Shown: positions 30,361-39,575, counted from the stretch's first letter. The stretch: 64,000 bases of DNA from an uncultured Bacteroides sp. (GCA_963931635.1 OZ007034.1:409285-473284); one strand, 5' to 3'. Notes: generated by a model from the sequence alone, not told the origin. Numbers and translations: made by a program.

Positions 30361-32967
30361 TCACGACAACTTCGTCGAAACCACCGGCTCAAACGATACA
30401 TCGACGGCATCGAGATGGAAACGGGGAGACACCCTGCCCGAAACCGCCAGCCGGTGGTATTTATAAGGTGGTGCATAGGTGTTCAGCAGGAGACGCCCTG
30501 GCAGAGGGCCATCGACCTGCGCCCGGTAGATGCAGCCATACCCCTGCTCTGCCCGGTTACTTCCCCACACCGAGAGCGAGAGCGCAACGCCCTCTTCGTC
30601 GCCACACCGTATGGCCAGACGAGGTATGCGTTTCGGCACATCGGGCCACAACTTCACGGCCCGGGTTATAAGCGCAATCTCCACCTCCTCATAGGTCTGC
30701 TCGTCGCACAAGTCATAGACTTCCCCGGACGGACCTATCGCCAGCAGACTGGGATAGAGCGAATAAAACGCTTCATAGGTGACACTGCGCCGTGCCCACT
30801 GCGCCGATGTCAGGTCGAAAACCCACATATAAGGATAGTCGGGCGAGAGAAAAAGCAGTTCCTTCTCGATATAGTTATACCCGACCTCGGCCGTTGTTAC
30901 AAACGTATAGAAGGGGGTCTCATCGGCCGCCGTCGCACCGACCGCCGGAGCCTCTGAGAGCAACGAGACGGCATCGCCCGGCGTGTCATCGGGACCCCCC
31001 TCGAAAGGCTGTGACAAGAGCGACACTTCGGACCCCTGCAACGCCATGAGCCCTTGCTCCGAGAGGTAAAGCACCGCGTCGTCGACCGAAATGATATGAC
31101 GGGGCGACAATGCCACTTCGCGGTTGACCGGCGACTGGCTGGCATATAACATATCGCCACTGCCCTGTCGCAAGGCCCAAATACCATCGGTCGTGAAGAC
31201 ATAGAGCGGGAACTCACCATACTGTCCCTGCGACAGTGCCGCCGTAGCCGCCGCCATACCGAATATGGCTCCGGTGGAAAGGGTGTAGGTGAGATTCTGC
31301 GGGAACGAAAAGGGATTGTAAACCGCCGACACCCGCATCTTGCCGGGCACATACTCTTCGGGATTCTTCACCTCGGAATATAACGTTCCACCCATCAACT
31401 CCTGATTCGAGTTCAGGGTTATGGGAGAGAATGACGGGTGGAGGTAGTAGGCCATATTTTCATTGGGAGAGGGTTTCAGCGTAAAATGATTGTAACGGTT
31501 GGGTGAGTCCGATTCGGTAAGGCCTATAATTTCCAGAGATACGGCCCGGCTGTCGGGATAAGACAAATAGGGCGAAAGACGGAACACATCGGGGGCAAAG
31601 TCCTTTATCAACACGCTTTGTCCCATGGTACCTTTGAGCGTAACCCTCACAAACCCTTTCCCAACGTAAGTCGACATTGCCTCGCCATGATAGTTGTCTT
31701 GATTCACCGAAAAGAGCGAAAGCGGATAGCCGTCGAAAAACCGCGTCGTAACGTTGGCCAGGTGGAGTCTTCCGTTGTAGACATACGACTCCTTGGCCCG
31801 AAGGGTATGGAGCGAGAAATTGTCGACCGAGAGCGTGCGCTGCTGTATCAGGTTGGAGAGTGAGCAGGAATATTCCAGCAGCTTTGCCGTTCCGAGGTCG
31901 TCGGCCAAGGTCTCTATATCAAGCGTAGCGACTTTATAGAAAAGCGATTCGTTGATAATCTGTTCCCGCTGTTCAGAGTCGGACAATAGAGGAACCGAAA
32001 AGCGCAAGACACTGGCCGGGTCGCCATTACCGTTCAGTTCGGCACTGATACGATACTGTTCAATGGTATCGTCCTTGACCAAAGGCAATTCGCGCGAAAA
32101 AAATATGTCGATACCCTTCACAATGTCGCTCCACTGTGCGAGGTTGGCTTTCTTTACCGTGTAATGCACCTTCTCACCCGACAACGTAAAGGGGTTATGC
32201 AGCAACTGCGTTACCTTATCGTCTTTCACGAGGCACAACGAAGCCAGATCGTTTCCAAACGGCAAGGCATCGGAACAACACAGCAACACCGGCGGAGAAG
32301 GATAGATGTAACTGTCGTCGTAAAGCCTCAGAGCGTAACGCACCAAAAACGGGTATGACAAGTACCCGTCGTCGAGCAACGCGCTTTTGACCCGGCTGTA
32401 TGTGCCATAGACCAGCGATGAAAAGCGCACCTTATCGTTGTCGGAGAGCACAAAGGTTTCGTCGTTGGGCGATGGAGAGACAAGGGCATAATCGTTCCAA
32501 GTCTCTTCTTTTACCGTCTTTCCCGACATGGAAAAGGATATTTCGGGAAATTCGGGACTTTCACCCAGAAAATGATAGGAGCCATCGGTAAAGAAAAGAT
32601 AAAGCATCTTCTCCCCGGTGAATACAACCATGGCGTTTTCCACCGCCTCTATACGCTGTATGTCGGGTATTTCAAAACTTTGAGGCTCTTGCACCGGCGT
32701 TATCTGTCCGTCGGCCTCATCGGCCTCATAATACAAATTTGTACCGTCATAGGTAAAATAGTGCTTGTAGGCCTCGTTGGCATGGACAAAGAGAAGGCGG
32801 TGGGAAGCATCGGCCGGTGTATAGCGGCAGACAGGCGTTCCCACAGGTGTCCACACCCCCTCCCGGCAACGGAGGTTGACCAGGTGACTGCACTCTCCGT
32901 CGGGTGAGACCGACGGAGGCAACAGAGTCGATATCCCGGTAATCTGTAATCGTTTCTGGTTTTGCAT
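30361..32967 (-). CDS. Orphan 868-aa protein, possibly phage virion/tail-associated (no recognised motif)
   Basis: Long intact ORF transcribed divergently from the portal-like gene. The start was set to the ATG at 32967 because an exact -7 box lies at 32998-33005, inside the longer track ORF. It is beta-rich and Ser/Tyr/Leu-rich, with no signal peptide. Confidence 0.7.
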   Translation of the reverse strand: MQNQKRLQITGISTLLPPSVSPDGECSHLVNLRCREGVWTPVGTPVCRYTPADASHRLLFVHANEAYKHYFTYDGTNLYYEADEADGQITPVQEPQSFEIPDIQRIEAVENAMVVFTGEKMLYLFFTDGSYHFLGESPEFPEISFSMSGKTVKEETWNDYALVSPSPNDETFVLSDNDKVRFSSLVYGTYSRVKSALLDDGYLSYPFLVRYALRLYDDSYIYPSPPVLLCCSDALPFGNDLASLCLVKDDKVTQLLHNPFTLSGEKVHYTVKKANLAQWSDIVKGIDIFFSRELPLVKDDTIEQYRISAELNGNGDPASVLRFSVPLLSDSEQREQIINESLFYKVATLDIETLADDLGTAKLLEYSCSLSNLIQQRTLSVDNFSLHTLRAKESYVYNGRLHLANVTTRFFDGYPLSLFSVNQDNYHGEAMSTYVGKGFVRVTLKGTMGQSVLIKDFAPDVFRLSPYLSYPDSRAVSLEIIGLTESDSPNRYNHFTLKPSPNENMAYYLHPSFSPITLNSNQELMGGTLYSEVKNPEEYVPGKMRVSAVYNPFSFPQNLTYTLSTGAIFGMAAATAALSQGQYGEFPLYVFTTDGIWALRQGSGDMLYASQSPVNREVALSPRHIISVDDAVLYLSEQGLMALQGSEVSLLSQPFEGGPDDTPGDAVSLLSEAPAVGATAADETPFYTFVTTAEVGYNYIEKELLFLSPDYPYMWVFDLTSAQWARRSVTYEAFYSLYPSLLAIGPSGEVYDLCDEQTYEEVEIALITRAVKLWPDVPKRIPRLAIRCGDEEGVALSLSVWGSNRAEQGYGCIYRAQVDGPLPGRLLLNTYAPPYKYHRLAVSGRVSPRFHLDAVDVSFEPVVSTKLS

Positions 32968-32997
32968 ATTTTTGAGATTTAAGATTTTTGACTGCGA

Positions 32998-33005
32998 CAA
33001 ATGTA
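32998..33005 (-). promoter_or_regulatory. -7 promoter box TACATTTG for the 868-aa ORF
   Basis: Exact TAnnTTTG on the minus strand, about 30 nt upstream of the ATG at 32967. Confidence 0.45.
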
Positions 33006-33165
33006 ACCGTTGCCCGACCGGATAATATGGGGAATTTATCAAATCGCCCTGCGACAACCGTTTTTTATAAACTTCACACGACGGCCGCCGCTTTTGTCAC
33101 TTTATTTGCTTCCGGAAAAACATCGCGGCAGGGCCGCTTCACGTCTAACCTATATTTTACTTTTT

Positions 33166-35106
33166 ATGAAAGAAACCAATTATCGCATTTTCAACAACCG
33201 CCATCTGATGCCTCCCCGCAAAGCCGATGGGAAAATCAGCAAGGAGAAACGGGTTACAGGCACCCCTCCCGAAGAGGCCGACCTGGAGGTACTGTGGCAG
33301 GCCAAACGGGCCTGGGACAATCTCGACAAATACCGTCGCACACGCACACGCAGCCGCAACTATACCTTTGGCAACCAATGGAGCGATACCGTCGATCTGC
33401 CCGACGGCCGCTGCATGAGCGAAGAACAGTACTTGAAGGAGCAGGGAAAAGTCCCCCTGAAAAACAACCTGATACGCAAACTGATAAAAAACGTTGTGGG
33501 ACAGTTCCGCTCGATACAGACTCAACCGGTGTGTATGTCGCGCAACCGGCAGGACCAGTCGATCAGCGAGCTGTTGACCTCGGCCCTGCAATATGTGCAT
33601 CAGCACAACCGCCTGTGGGAAATCGACGGTCGCACCCTCGAAGAGTTTCTCATCTCGGGCAGCTGTTTCCACAAGATAGGATACGGGAAACGTCAAAACA
33701 AAAACGATGTGTGGATCGACGAAATCAACCCCAACCGCATCTTCTTCAACAATATGGAAGATTCCAGGCTCTGGGACTGCACCCTCATAGGCGAACTGCA
33801 CGACGTGCCCGTGGCACAGATTCTCTCACACTTTGCCCACGGGTCGCGCAGCCGGGCTGCCGAATTGCGCGAGATGTATTGCAATGCTACCGAAAGCCTG
33901 ATAAGAGAGACATATGAAAACCTTACAAGCGAACCACTCGACAACATCGACTTCTTCATTCCGACCGACCAACATCTGTGCCGCATCATCGAAGTGTGGC
34001 GGCTCGAAAACCGGGAACGGCTCATGTGCCACGACACCCTCACGGGCCGATACTACAAGGAAGAGCTCGACCAGACTTCCGCAATCGAAGCCGAGAACCA
34101 GCGTCGCATACGCGAAGCCAAGGCCAAGGGTGTAGAACGGAAAGAGGTGCCACTGATAGAGACCGAATGGTTTGTCGACCAATTCTGGTACTACCGTTTC
34201 TTCACACCCTTCGGCGAGATACTGGAAGAAGGCGAGACCCCCTACTGGCACGGCGAACACCCTTACGTGTTCAAACTCTATCCGCTTATCGACGGCGAAA
34301 TTCACTCCTTCGTCGAAGATGTCATCGACCAGCAACGCTACATCAACCGACTCATCACTTTGGTCGACTTCATCATGGGTTCGAGCGCCAAAGGTGTACT
34401 GCTGTTTCCCGAGAACCAGATTCCCGACGGCATGACCATCGAAGACATTGCCGAGGAGTGGACCCGCTACAACGGCGTGATCCTCTTCAAGCCCAAACCT
34501 GGTGAGGCTCTTCCGCAACAGATTGCCATCAACGCCACCAACATCGGTGCCTATGAACTGCTGCGACTGCAAATGCAACTGCTCGACGACATCTCGGGCA
34601 TACACGGCCCCATGCAGGGACAGGCACCCACTGCGGGGACACCAGCCGCCCTCTACTTCCAGCAGGTGCAGAATGCCGGCGTAAATCTGGTCGACATCTT
34701 CGAGTCGTTCAAGACTTTCAGAGAGAATCGCGATACCAAACTGCTGAAAACCATTCAGCAATACTATGATTACCCGCAATATGTCGATATTGCCGGCGAT
34801 AAGATAAAGGTACGAGAGCTGCCTTACACTCCCGACGAAGTGCGTAATGCCGAGGTCGACATCAACATCATTGAATCGCCCTCTTCACCGGTACTCCGCA
34901 CATCGTCCAACGAATTCCTGCTCGAACTCTTCCGCATGGGACAGATTTCGCTCAGAATGTTACTCGAAAACGGAGCTTTCCCCTTCTCCGACCGACTGTT
35001 GCAGAGCCTCGACAAGCAAGACCAGGAGCAGGCTTCGGCCCTTGCCACCATGGCACAGACACTCTCGCAGGCAACGCCACAGCAACAAGTCATGCCCCTA
35101 AGATAG
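33166..35106 (+). CDS. Phage portal-like protein (646 aa)
   Basis: The size fits a portal. The N-terminal KRAWDNLDKYRRTRTRSRNYTFGNQW resembles the Y-x-G-x-QW stretch of podovirus-type portals. The C-terminus is Gln/acidic-rich. The start was set to the ATG at 33166 (MKETNYRIF). The assignment is by eye only. Confidence 0.6.
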   Translation: MKETNYRIFNNRHLMPPRKADGKISKEKRVTGTPPEEADLEVLWQAKRAWDNLDKYRRTRTRSRNYTFGNQWSDTVDLPDGRCMSEEQYLKEQGKVPLKNNLIRKLIKNVVGQFRSIQTQPVCMSRNRQDQSISELLTSALQYVHQHNRLWEIDGRTLEEFLISGSCFHKIGYGKRQNKNDVWIDEINPNRIFFNNMEDSRLWDCTLIGELHDVPVAQILSHFAHGSRSRAAELREMYCNATESLIRETYENLTSEPLDNIDFFIPTDQHLCRIIEVWRLENRERLMCHDTLTGRYYKEELDQTSAIEAENQRRIREAKAKGVERKEVPLIETEWFVDQFWYYRFFTPFGEILEEGETPYWHGEHPYVFKLYPLIDGEIHSFVEDVIDQQRYINRLITLVDFIMGSSAKGVLLFPENQIPDGMTIEDIAEEWTRYNGVILFKPKPGEALPQQIAINATNIGAYELLRLQMQLLDDISGIHGPMQGQAPTAGTPAALYFQQVQNAGVNLVDIFESFKTFRENRDTKLLKTIQQYYDYPQYVDIAGDKIKVRELPYTPDEVRNAEVDINIIESPSSPVLRTSSNEFLLELFRMGQISLRMLLENGAFPFSDRLLQSLDKQDQEQASALATMAQTLSQATPQQQVMPLR

Positions 35107-35140
35107 CCACGAGATGTTCGGCAAGGACTATTCTTCTCAT

Positions 35141-35180
35141 AAAAAAAGAATGAGTTCCGTGAGGAATTCATTCTTTTTTA
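35141..35180. terminator. Bidirectional terminator between the portal-like gene and the convergent lipoprotein gene
   Basis: An A-run, then AAGAATGAGTTCC (35146-35158) pairing with GGAATTCATTCTT (35163-35175) with one mismatch, then a T-run. Confidence 0.75.
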
Positions 35181-35184
35181 CGTC

Positions 35185-35694
35185 TTACTCATTAGCCTCA
35201 ACCATCTCAAAGAATCCGCTGATTTCTTGCTGATCAATAGCTTGTCGTACATTAAACCTTTTCACTTGGTCCTCATACCCTCGCTTAGTCACTTTTATCT
35301 CTATTTGCACGTCTCGTGAGTTTTCATAAGTCAACCCCAAAATATTGAACGAACGCGTCTCTTCATACGGCGTTGTAGTGAGGTAAAGTTCATTGGTATT
35401 CTTCACCACACTCGGTATACTGGAAATCACTCTCCAAAATATACGAGCTCCACGCGGATCGCTGTCAAAAGCCCAACGTATGATTGTGCGTTCAAGTGCT
35501 GTTTGTCCGGGAGCATCGCGACTTACCATATTTGAAGCTTCACCTGCAACAATAGTAGGATCGTTCCGATAAGTAGAATTAACTCGAACATTAACAGGTT
35601 CAACCTTGACTCCTTTATAAAGAGATTTTACCGAGGAGGCACAAGCTCCGAACAAAAACAATGCAACAATTGAGAAAAATAATACACACTTCAT
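35185..35694 (-). CDS. Lipoprotein with PEGA-like C-terminal domain (169 aa)
   Basis: Lipobox signal MKCVLFFSIVALFLFGAC. The C-terminal domain has DSDPRGARIFW...TTTPYE...VTKRGYEDQVKRFNV, resembling the PEGA pattern. Confidence 0.7.
   Translation of the reverse strand: MKCVLFFSIVALFLFGACASSVKSLYKGVKVEPVNVRVNSTYRNDPTIVAGEASNMVSRDAPGQTALERTIIRWAFDSDPRGARIFWRVISSIPSVVKNTNELYLTTTPYEETRSFNILGLTYENSRDVQIEIKVTKRGYEDQVKRFNVRQAIDQQEISGFFEMVEANE
35219..35574. repeat. Copy 1 of a 356-bp direct repeat (partner 35741-36096)
   Basis: My hand alignment of the two copies gives 4 mismatches in 356 bp, with an offset of 522 bp. Confidence 0.9.
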
Positions 35695-35703
35695 AATCTA
35701 TCT

Positions 35704-36501
35704 CTAATTATCTATTTTTTTCACTAACTCAAAAAAGCTACTGATTTCTTGCTGATCAATAGCTTGTCGTACATTAAACCTTTTCACTTGGTCCTCATAC
35801 CCTCGCTTAGTCACTTTTATCTCTATTTGCACATCTCGTGAGTTTTCATAAGTCAACCCCAAAATATTGAACGAACGCGTCTCTTCATACGGCGTTGTAG
35901 TGAGGTAAAGTTCATTGGTATTCTTCACCACACTCGGTATATTGGAAATCACTCTCCAAAATATACGAGCTCCACGCGGATCGCTGTCAAAAGCCCAACG
36001 TATGATTGTGCGTTCAAGTGCTGTTTGTCCAGGAGCATCGCGACTTACCATATTCGAAGCTTCACCTGCAACAATAGTAGGATCGTTCCGATAAGTGGCA
36101 TAATTAGCATATGAAGTCGGTTGCATATCCATAAAATAATACCGTGAATCGGGAACCATAATAGCACCGGTAGCCACATCTATCAGCATACCAGGAACCA
36201 AAAACCAAAACAAGTTCAAAAATGTAGTACCATTAAACTTTTTATTTATTTCAAAAGCAAAAGGTTCATACCCCTCAGCCTCAGCTATAACCTGTGTTGG
36301 CTTCAAATTCCTTTTTACTTTAATTTGAGCTGGCAACATTATATCAGCATATCTCTCCCCATCCACAGTTAATGTGACCGGGACTTTAACATTTGGATCA
36401 TTCAACACGACCTTCGATTTTTTCCCATAAAACATCGTTGCACATGAAGTAAGAACAATTAGTGCCAACGACAACATGAAAATCCGTTTCATATTATTCA
36501 T
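35704..36501 (-). CDS. Lipoprotein with PEGA-like domains, paralogue of 35185-35694 (265 aa)
   Basis: Lipobox MNNMKRIFMLSLALIVLTSC. Its C-terminal ~118 aa are almost identical to those of the neighbouring gene. The start was set to the ATG at 36501, downstream of the -7 box. Confidence 0.7.
   Translation of the reverse strand: MNNMKRIFMLSLALIVLTSCATMFYGKKSKVVLNDPNVKVPVTLTVDGERYADIMLPAQIKVKRNLKPTQVIAEAEGYEPFAFEINKKFNGTTFLNLFWFLVPGMLIDVATGAIMVPDSRYYFMDMQPTSYANYATYRNDPTIVAGEASNMVSRDAPGQTALERTIIRWAFDSDPRGARIFWRVISNIPSVVKNTNELYLTTTPYEETRSFNILGLTYENSRDVQIEIKVTKRGYEDQVKRFNVRQAIDQQEISSFFELVKKIDN
35741..36096. repeat. Copy 2 of a 356-bp direct repeat (partner 35219-35574)
   Basis: Same alignment as copy 1. 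Of the 4 differences, 3 are synonymous and 1 changes S to N. Confidence 0.9.
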
Positions 36502-36523
36502 AGTATTAAAATAATTATTGCTG

Positions 36524-36531
36524 CAAAGATA
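36524..36531 (-). promoter_or_regulatory. -7 promoter box TATCTTTG for the lipoprotein pair
   Basis: Exact TAnnTTTG on the minus strand, about 22 nt upstream of the ATG at 36501. Confidence 0.45.
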
Positions 36532-37326
36532 TATTATTAACAATGCGAACAAAAATTTTTTAACAAAAATTTTATGATATACACTTTGTACTGGCTGACA
36601 AAAAAGGTTTGCTAAACATTCAGCGATAGACTTCTACCATACGACTAACATTAAACCATCGTCACAAAGTAACAAATCCGAATAGCTCTAATGAGGTATT
36701 AGAGATGTAACAACTGCGCATACAAACGCCCTTTTCGACTTAATAGGCTGCACCCTGTTTCTATTTCTCAATCAAGAAAAACGACCGAAAGTGGCAGGGT
36801 GATTTCCCGCCACTTCTCTTTCCAAAAGGAAACCCGACCTCAGTCCAGCGAAATATTTTTCAATAATAAGCCGTTTTAAGTCTTATTATCACCATATTTC
36901 TGGCATACGGAATTTACTTAGTATAATCAAAGGTGAAAATTCGTTTCCCAGCTTGCTCCTTCTTGCCTTTCACTATAAGTGTGTTTCTACAAATTACGAA
37001 GCTTATACCCCGATCAGCGTTGACAGACTGAAAAATTACCGCCCATTTCTACAATTACTGCATAACAGTCTATAAAAAGATGCACAAATTGGCCATTACA
37101 TCGCAAAACAACTGGTCTCAGACGTGAGCAAGAATGAGAAAGTCACACAGAATTAGTTCAAAGACAAAAGATAATTGTGAAATCTTTTACTGCCAACAGC
37201 CGACTGTTCCCCGGCTAATCACCAATATCGAAATATCAGATTATTTAAAAGTAAAATATTCCTCATAACCGACAAGATGAAAATAACATTTCACGACAAA
37301 CCGTTGAACCAGATTTTTCTGATATT

Positions 37327-37370
37327 CAAAAAAAGACATGAAAGGAGGGAAAAGTTCCCCCTTTCATGTC
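37327..37370 (-). terminator. Strong intrinsic terminator ending the DUF4919 (rplU-rpmA-PTP-DUF4919) gene string
   Basis: GACATGAAAGG (37335-37345) pairs with CCTTTCATGTC (37360-37370), plus an inner GGG/CCC. On minus it is followed by TTTTTTTGA. Confidence 0.8.
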
Positions 37371-37391
37371 TTATTCCTTACCCATGACCGC

Positions 37392-38102
37392 TTACTCAGC
37401 GCCGAACTTATGCTGGTACTCTTCGAGAATACGGCTCACGTTGAAATAAAATCCACGGGCATTGCCTATGAGATCGTAAACCTGTATGTAATCGTAACAG
37501 GGCGGTCGGAACTCATACGACTCGGCAACAACTCCCAGCGTGTTGAGCAGGTCATAGGCATGCACCGGTTCGATAATATACCAGGCCGTTTCGGGTGTGC
37601 GACCGTCGCCGGTAGACAAGATGGCATCGAGCAGATAGTGAATGCGTGTCTGCCAGAAAACCACTTCGGACTGATGGCCCAACAGATTGTGGACATAAGC
37701 CAACAAAGTCATGCGCCGCATGTCGAACGGATTATCGGCCAATACCTGCTCGGCATACCGTATCAGAGCCCGACACTCTTCCTCGCTGTAATCGCAACGG
37801 CGATACAAGGTGTCGAGCGACGTTTCATAAGAAGAGACCCGGTAAGGGTCGTAATCGTCCTGGAAAGAATAGCCCAGATAGAGATGCCGATAATCGTCAG
37901 GTGTCAAGGTTGTGTCGCGACTGAGATAACGCTCGATAAGTCGCGGGTAATAGTAGGGCGACTTACTGTCCTGCACGGCCTGCCTGATAGCTTCCATATC
38001 GGGACGCACAATCGCCACCGTATCGCCATCGGCATGAGAACGGGCCCAAACACCGCTCACACAAGCCACCAGCAGACATATAATAAGTATCTTCTTTTTC
38101 AT
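37392..38102 (-). CDS. DUF4919-like secreted protein
   Basis: Signal peptide MKKKILIICLLVACVSGVWA. The helical-repeat-like body resembles DUF4919 proteins from memory. The start was set to the ATG at 38102 because the track start is a TTG. Confidence 0.55.
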   Translation of the reverse strand: MKKKILIICLLVACVSGVWARSHADGDTVAIVRPDMEAIRQAVQDSKSPYYYPRLIERYLSRDTTLTPDDYRHLYLGYSFQDDYDPYRVSSYETSLDTLYRRCDYSEEECRALIRYAEQVLADNPFDMRRMTLLAYVHNLLGHQSEVVFWQTRIHYLLDAILSTGDGRTPETAWYIIEPVHAYDLLNTLGVVAESYEFRPPCYDYIQVYDLIGNARGFYFNVSRILEEYQHKFGAE

Positions 38103-38113
38103 ATACAAAAAAT

Positions 38114-38629
38114 TCAAAAACCGGGGCGGCCCTTCACATCGGCCTCGATGAGATGGTCCAACAAGCCGTCGCAGGCATCTTCGAGCAGATCGAGCACCAG
38201 TTCGAAACCGTCGGCCCCACTGTAATAGGGATCGGGCACATGGTCGTGGGCATAGCGGCGGGAATAGTCTGTCATGCGGTGAATCTTCGTCCAGGCATCA
38301 GCATCGGGCGCCAGGCGGCGCAGATTCTCGATGTTCATGTCGTCCATACCGATGATAAGGTCGAAACGGTCGAAATCGTCGGTCGTAATGGGGCGCGAGC
38401 GATGTTCGAGACGATAGCCCCGGCGGGCGGCATGAGCCCGCATACGGGGGTCGGGCAAATCGCCTGCGTGACCGCCATAAGTACCGGCCGAGTCGATGTC
38501 GAAAACCGACGACAGACCGCGCTCCTTCACCTTTTGTCGCATGATGCCCTCAGCAGCCGGCGAACGGCAGATGTTGCCGAGGCAGACAAACAATATGCGA
38601 CTGGGACGGGAGGGGGCAGGTGTGGTCAT
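38114..38629 (-). CDS. Low-molecular-weight protein-tyrosine phosphatase
   Basis: Active-site loop VCLGNICRSPAAEG (CX5R-S) and a conserved DP motif (VPDPYY). The start was set to the ATG at 38629. Confidence 0.9.
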   Translation of the reverse strand: MTTPAPSRPSRILFVCLGNICRSPAAEGIMRQKVKERGLSSVFDIDSAGTYGGHAGDLPDPRMRAHAARRGYRLEHRSRPITTDDFDRFDLIIGMDDMNIENLRRLAPDADAWTKIHRMTDYSRRYAHDHVPDPYYSGADGFELVLDLLEDACDGLLDHLIEADVKGRPGF

Positions 38630-38786
38630 ATCGGAATGTAGATTTGTTTCAACGGGGGACAAAGATACGCTTTTTCAACCCGTCAAACCAATTATTTTCT
38701 ATAACAAAGGGATTAAAAAAAATCAAAATGCCATTTTCAGCAGGAGAAACGACACGAAATGTTATACCGGCTACGGTCTTCGCATG

Positions 38787-38827
38787 AAAAGCAAAACAGG
38801 GTACCGGTTATGCCGATACCCTGTTTT
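38787..38827 (-). terminator. Terminator-like hairpin downstream of rpmA
   Basis: On minus: AAAACAGGGTATCGGCATAACCGGTACCCTGTTTTGCTTTTC. The CAGGGTA/TACCCTG stem spans 38797-38823. Confidence 0.6.
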
Positions 38828-38883
38828 CTTACTTGTCTATGTTCCTTACTTGCAACGGCAAGCGTCGCCTCTGAGGAATAATC

Positions 38884-39141
38884 TTAGTTTTGGGGTTCAA
38901 CCGAAACGTAGGAACGGTTGTCTTGTTTCTTACGGAATACAACAACACCGTCGATGAGGGCAAACAAGGTGTGGTCTTTGCCCATACCTACGTTTACTCC
39001 GGGGTGGTGTACCGTACCTCTCTGACGCACGAGGATATTTCCAGCTTTCGCTACTTGTCCGCCAAAGACTTTCACACCTAATCTTTTACTTTCTGATTCG
39101 CGGCCGTTCTTTGAACTACCGACACCTTTCTTGTGTGCCAT
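38884..39141 (-). CDS. rpmA: 50S ribosomal protein L27
   Basis: [24 protein letters not shown]... is the canonical L27 N-terminus. Confidence 0.97.
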   Translation of the reverse strand: MAHKKGVGSSKNGRESESKRLGVKVFGGQVAKAGNILVRQRGTVHHPGVNVGMGKDHTLFALIDGVVVFRKKQDNRSYVSVEPQN

Positions 39142-39163
39142 TTTCTTCTCGTTTAATCAGTGG

Positions 39164-39475
39164 TTAAGCAACAATATCTTTAATTAACACTTCGGTAAAG
39201 CATTGACGGTGACCGTTGCGTTTGCGGTATCCTTTTCTTCTTTTCTTCTTGAAGACGATGATACGTTCGCCTTTAAGATGTGAGAGAACTTCGCAAACGA
39301 CTTTTGCACCTTCTACGGTGGGAGCGCCTACTTTTACGGCTCCGTCGTTGTCGACCAACAATACTTTGTCAAACTCAACAGCAGCACCCTGCTCTGCGTC
39401 CAGACGGTGAACATAGAGTCTCTTGCCGGCTTCGGCCTTGAACTGCTGTCCTTGGATTTCTACAATTACGTACAT
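39164..39475 (-). CDS. rplU: 50S ribosomal protein L21
   Basis: [25 protein letters not shown]... is canonical L21. It lies directly upstream of rpmA. Confidence 0.97.
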   Translation of the reverse strand: MYVIVEIQGQQFKAEAGKRLYVHRLDAEQGAAVEFDKVLLVDNDGAVKVGAPTVEGAKVVCEVLSHLKGERIIVFKKKRRKGYRKRNGHRQCFTEVLIKDIVA

Positions 39476-39567
39476 CTGTTTTTTAAATAATTACAGGTTA
39501 CCTCCGCCGGGTGGCCGTCCGCTTTCTTATGGACTGCTCTTATGAACCCGTTACGGAATAAGAGCCG

Positions 39568-39575
39568 CAAATTTA
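39568..39575 (-). promoter_or_regulatory. -7 promoter box TAAATTTG for rplU-rpmA
   Basis: Exact TAnnTTTG on the minus strand, about 90 nt upstream of the rplU ATG, in the 152-bp gap after the terminase gene. Confidence 0.5.

Larger units (their letters stand above)
30361..35106. mobile_element. Phage-derived gene block I (868-aa ORF plus portal-like gene); no integrase or att site seen
   Basis: See the individual CDS entries. The two units are divergent and monocistronic, and are bounded by strong terminators at 30314-30354 and 35141-35180. Confidence 0.4.

Noticed and set aside
32992-33057. 9-bp direct repeat CTGCGACAA (32992-33000 and 33049-33057) in the control region between the 868-aa ORF and the portal-like gene
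   Set aside because: It is short and has only two copies, so it could easily arise by chance. It is not reported as an operator without conservation data.
37338-38225. 295-aa plus-strand ORF
   Set aside because: It is antisense to the DUF4919-like and phosphatase genes, and it begins inside the terminator hairpin. It is a shadow ORF.
38884-39475. Possibility that rplU-rpmA are phage-borne auxiliary ribosomal-protein genes
   Set aside because: They have canonical sequences, their own consensus host promoter and a terminator. They are followed by ordinary cellular genes (LMW phosphatase, DUF4919). The parsimonious reading is the host's own operon. This could be settled by checking for a second rplU/rpmA copy elsewhere in the genome.
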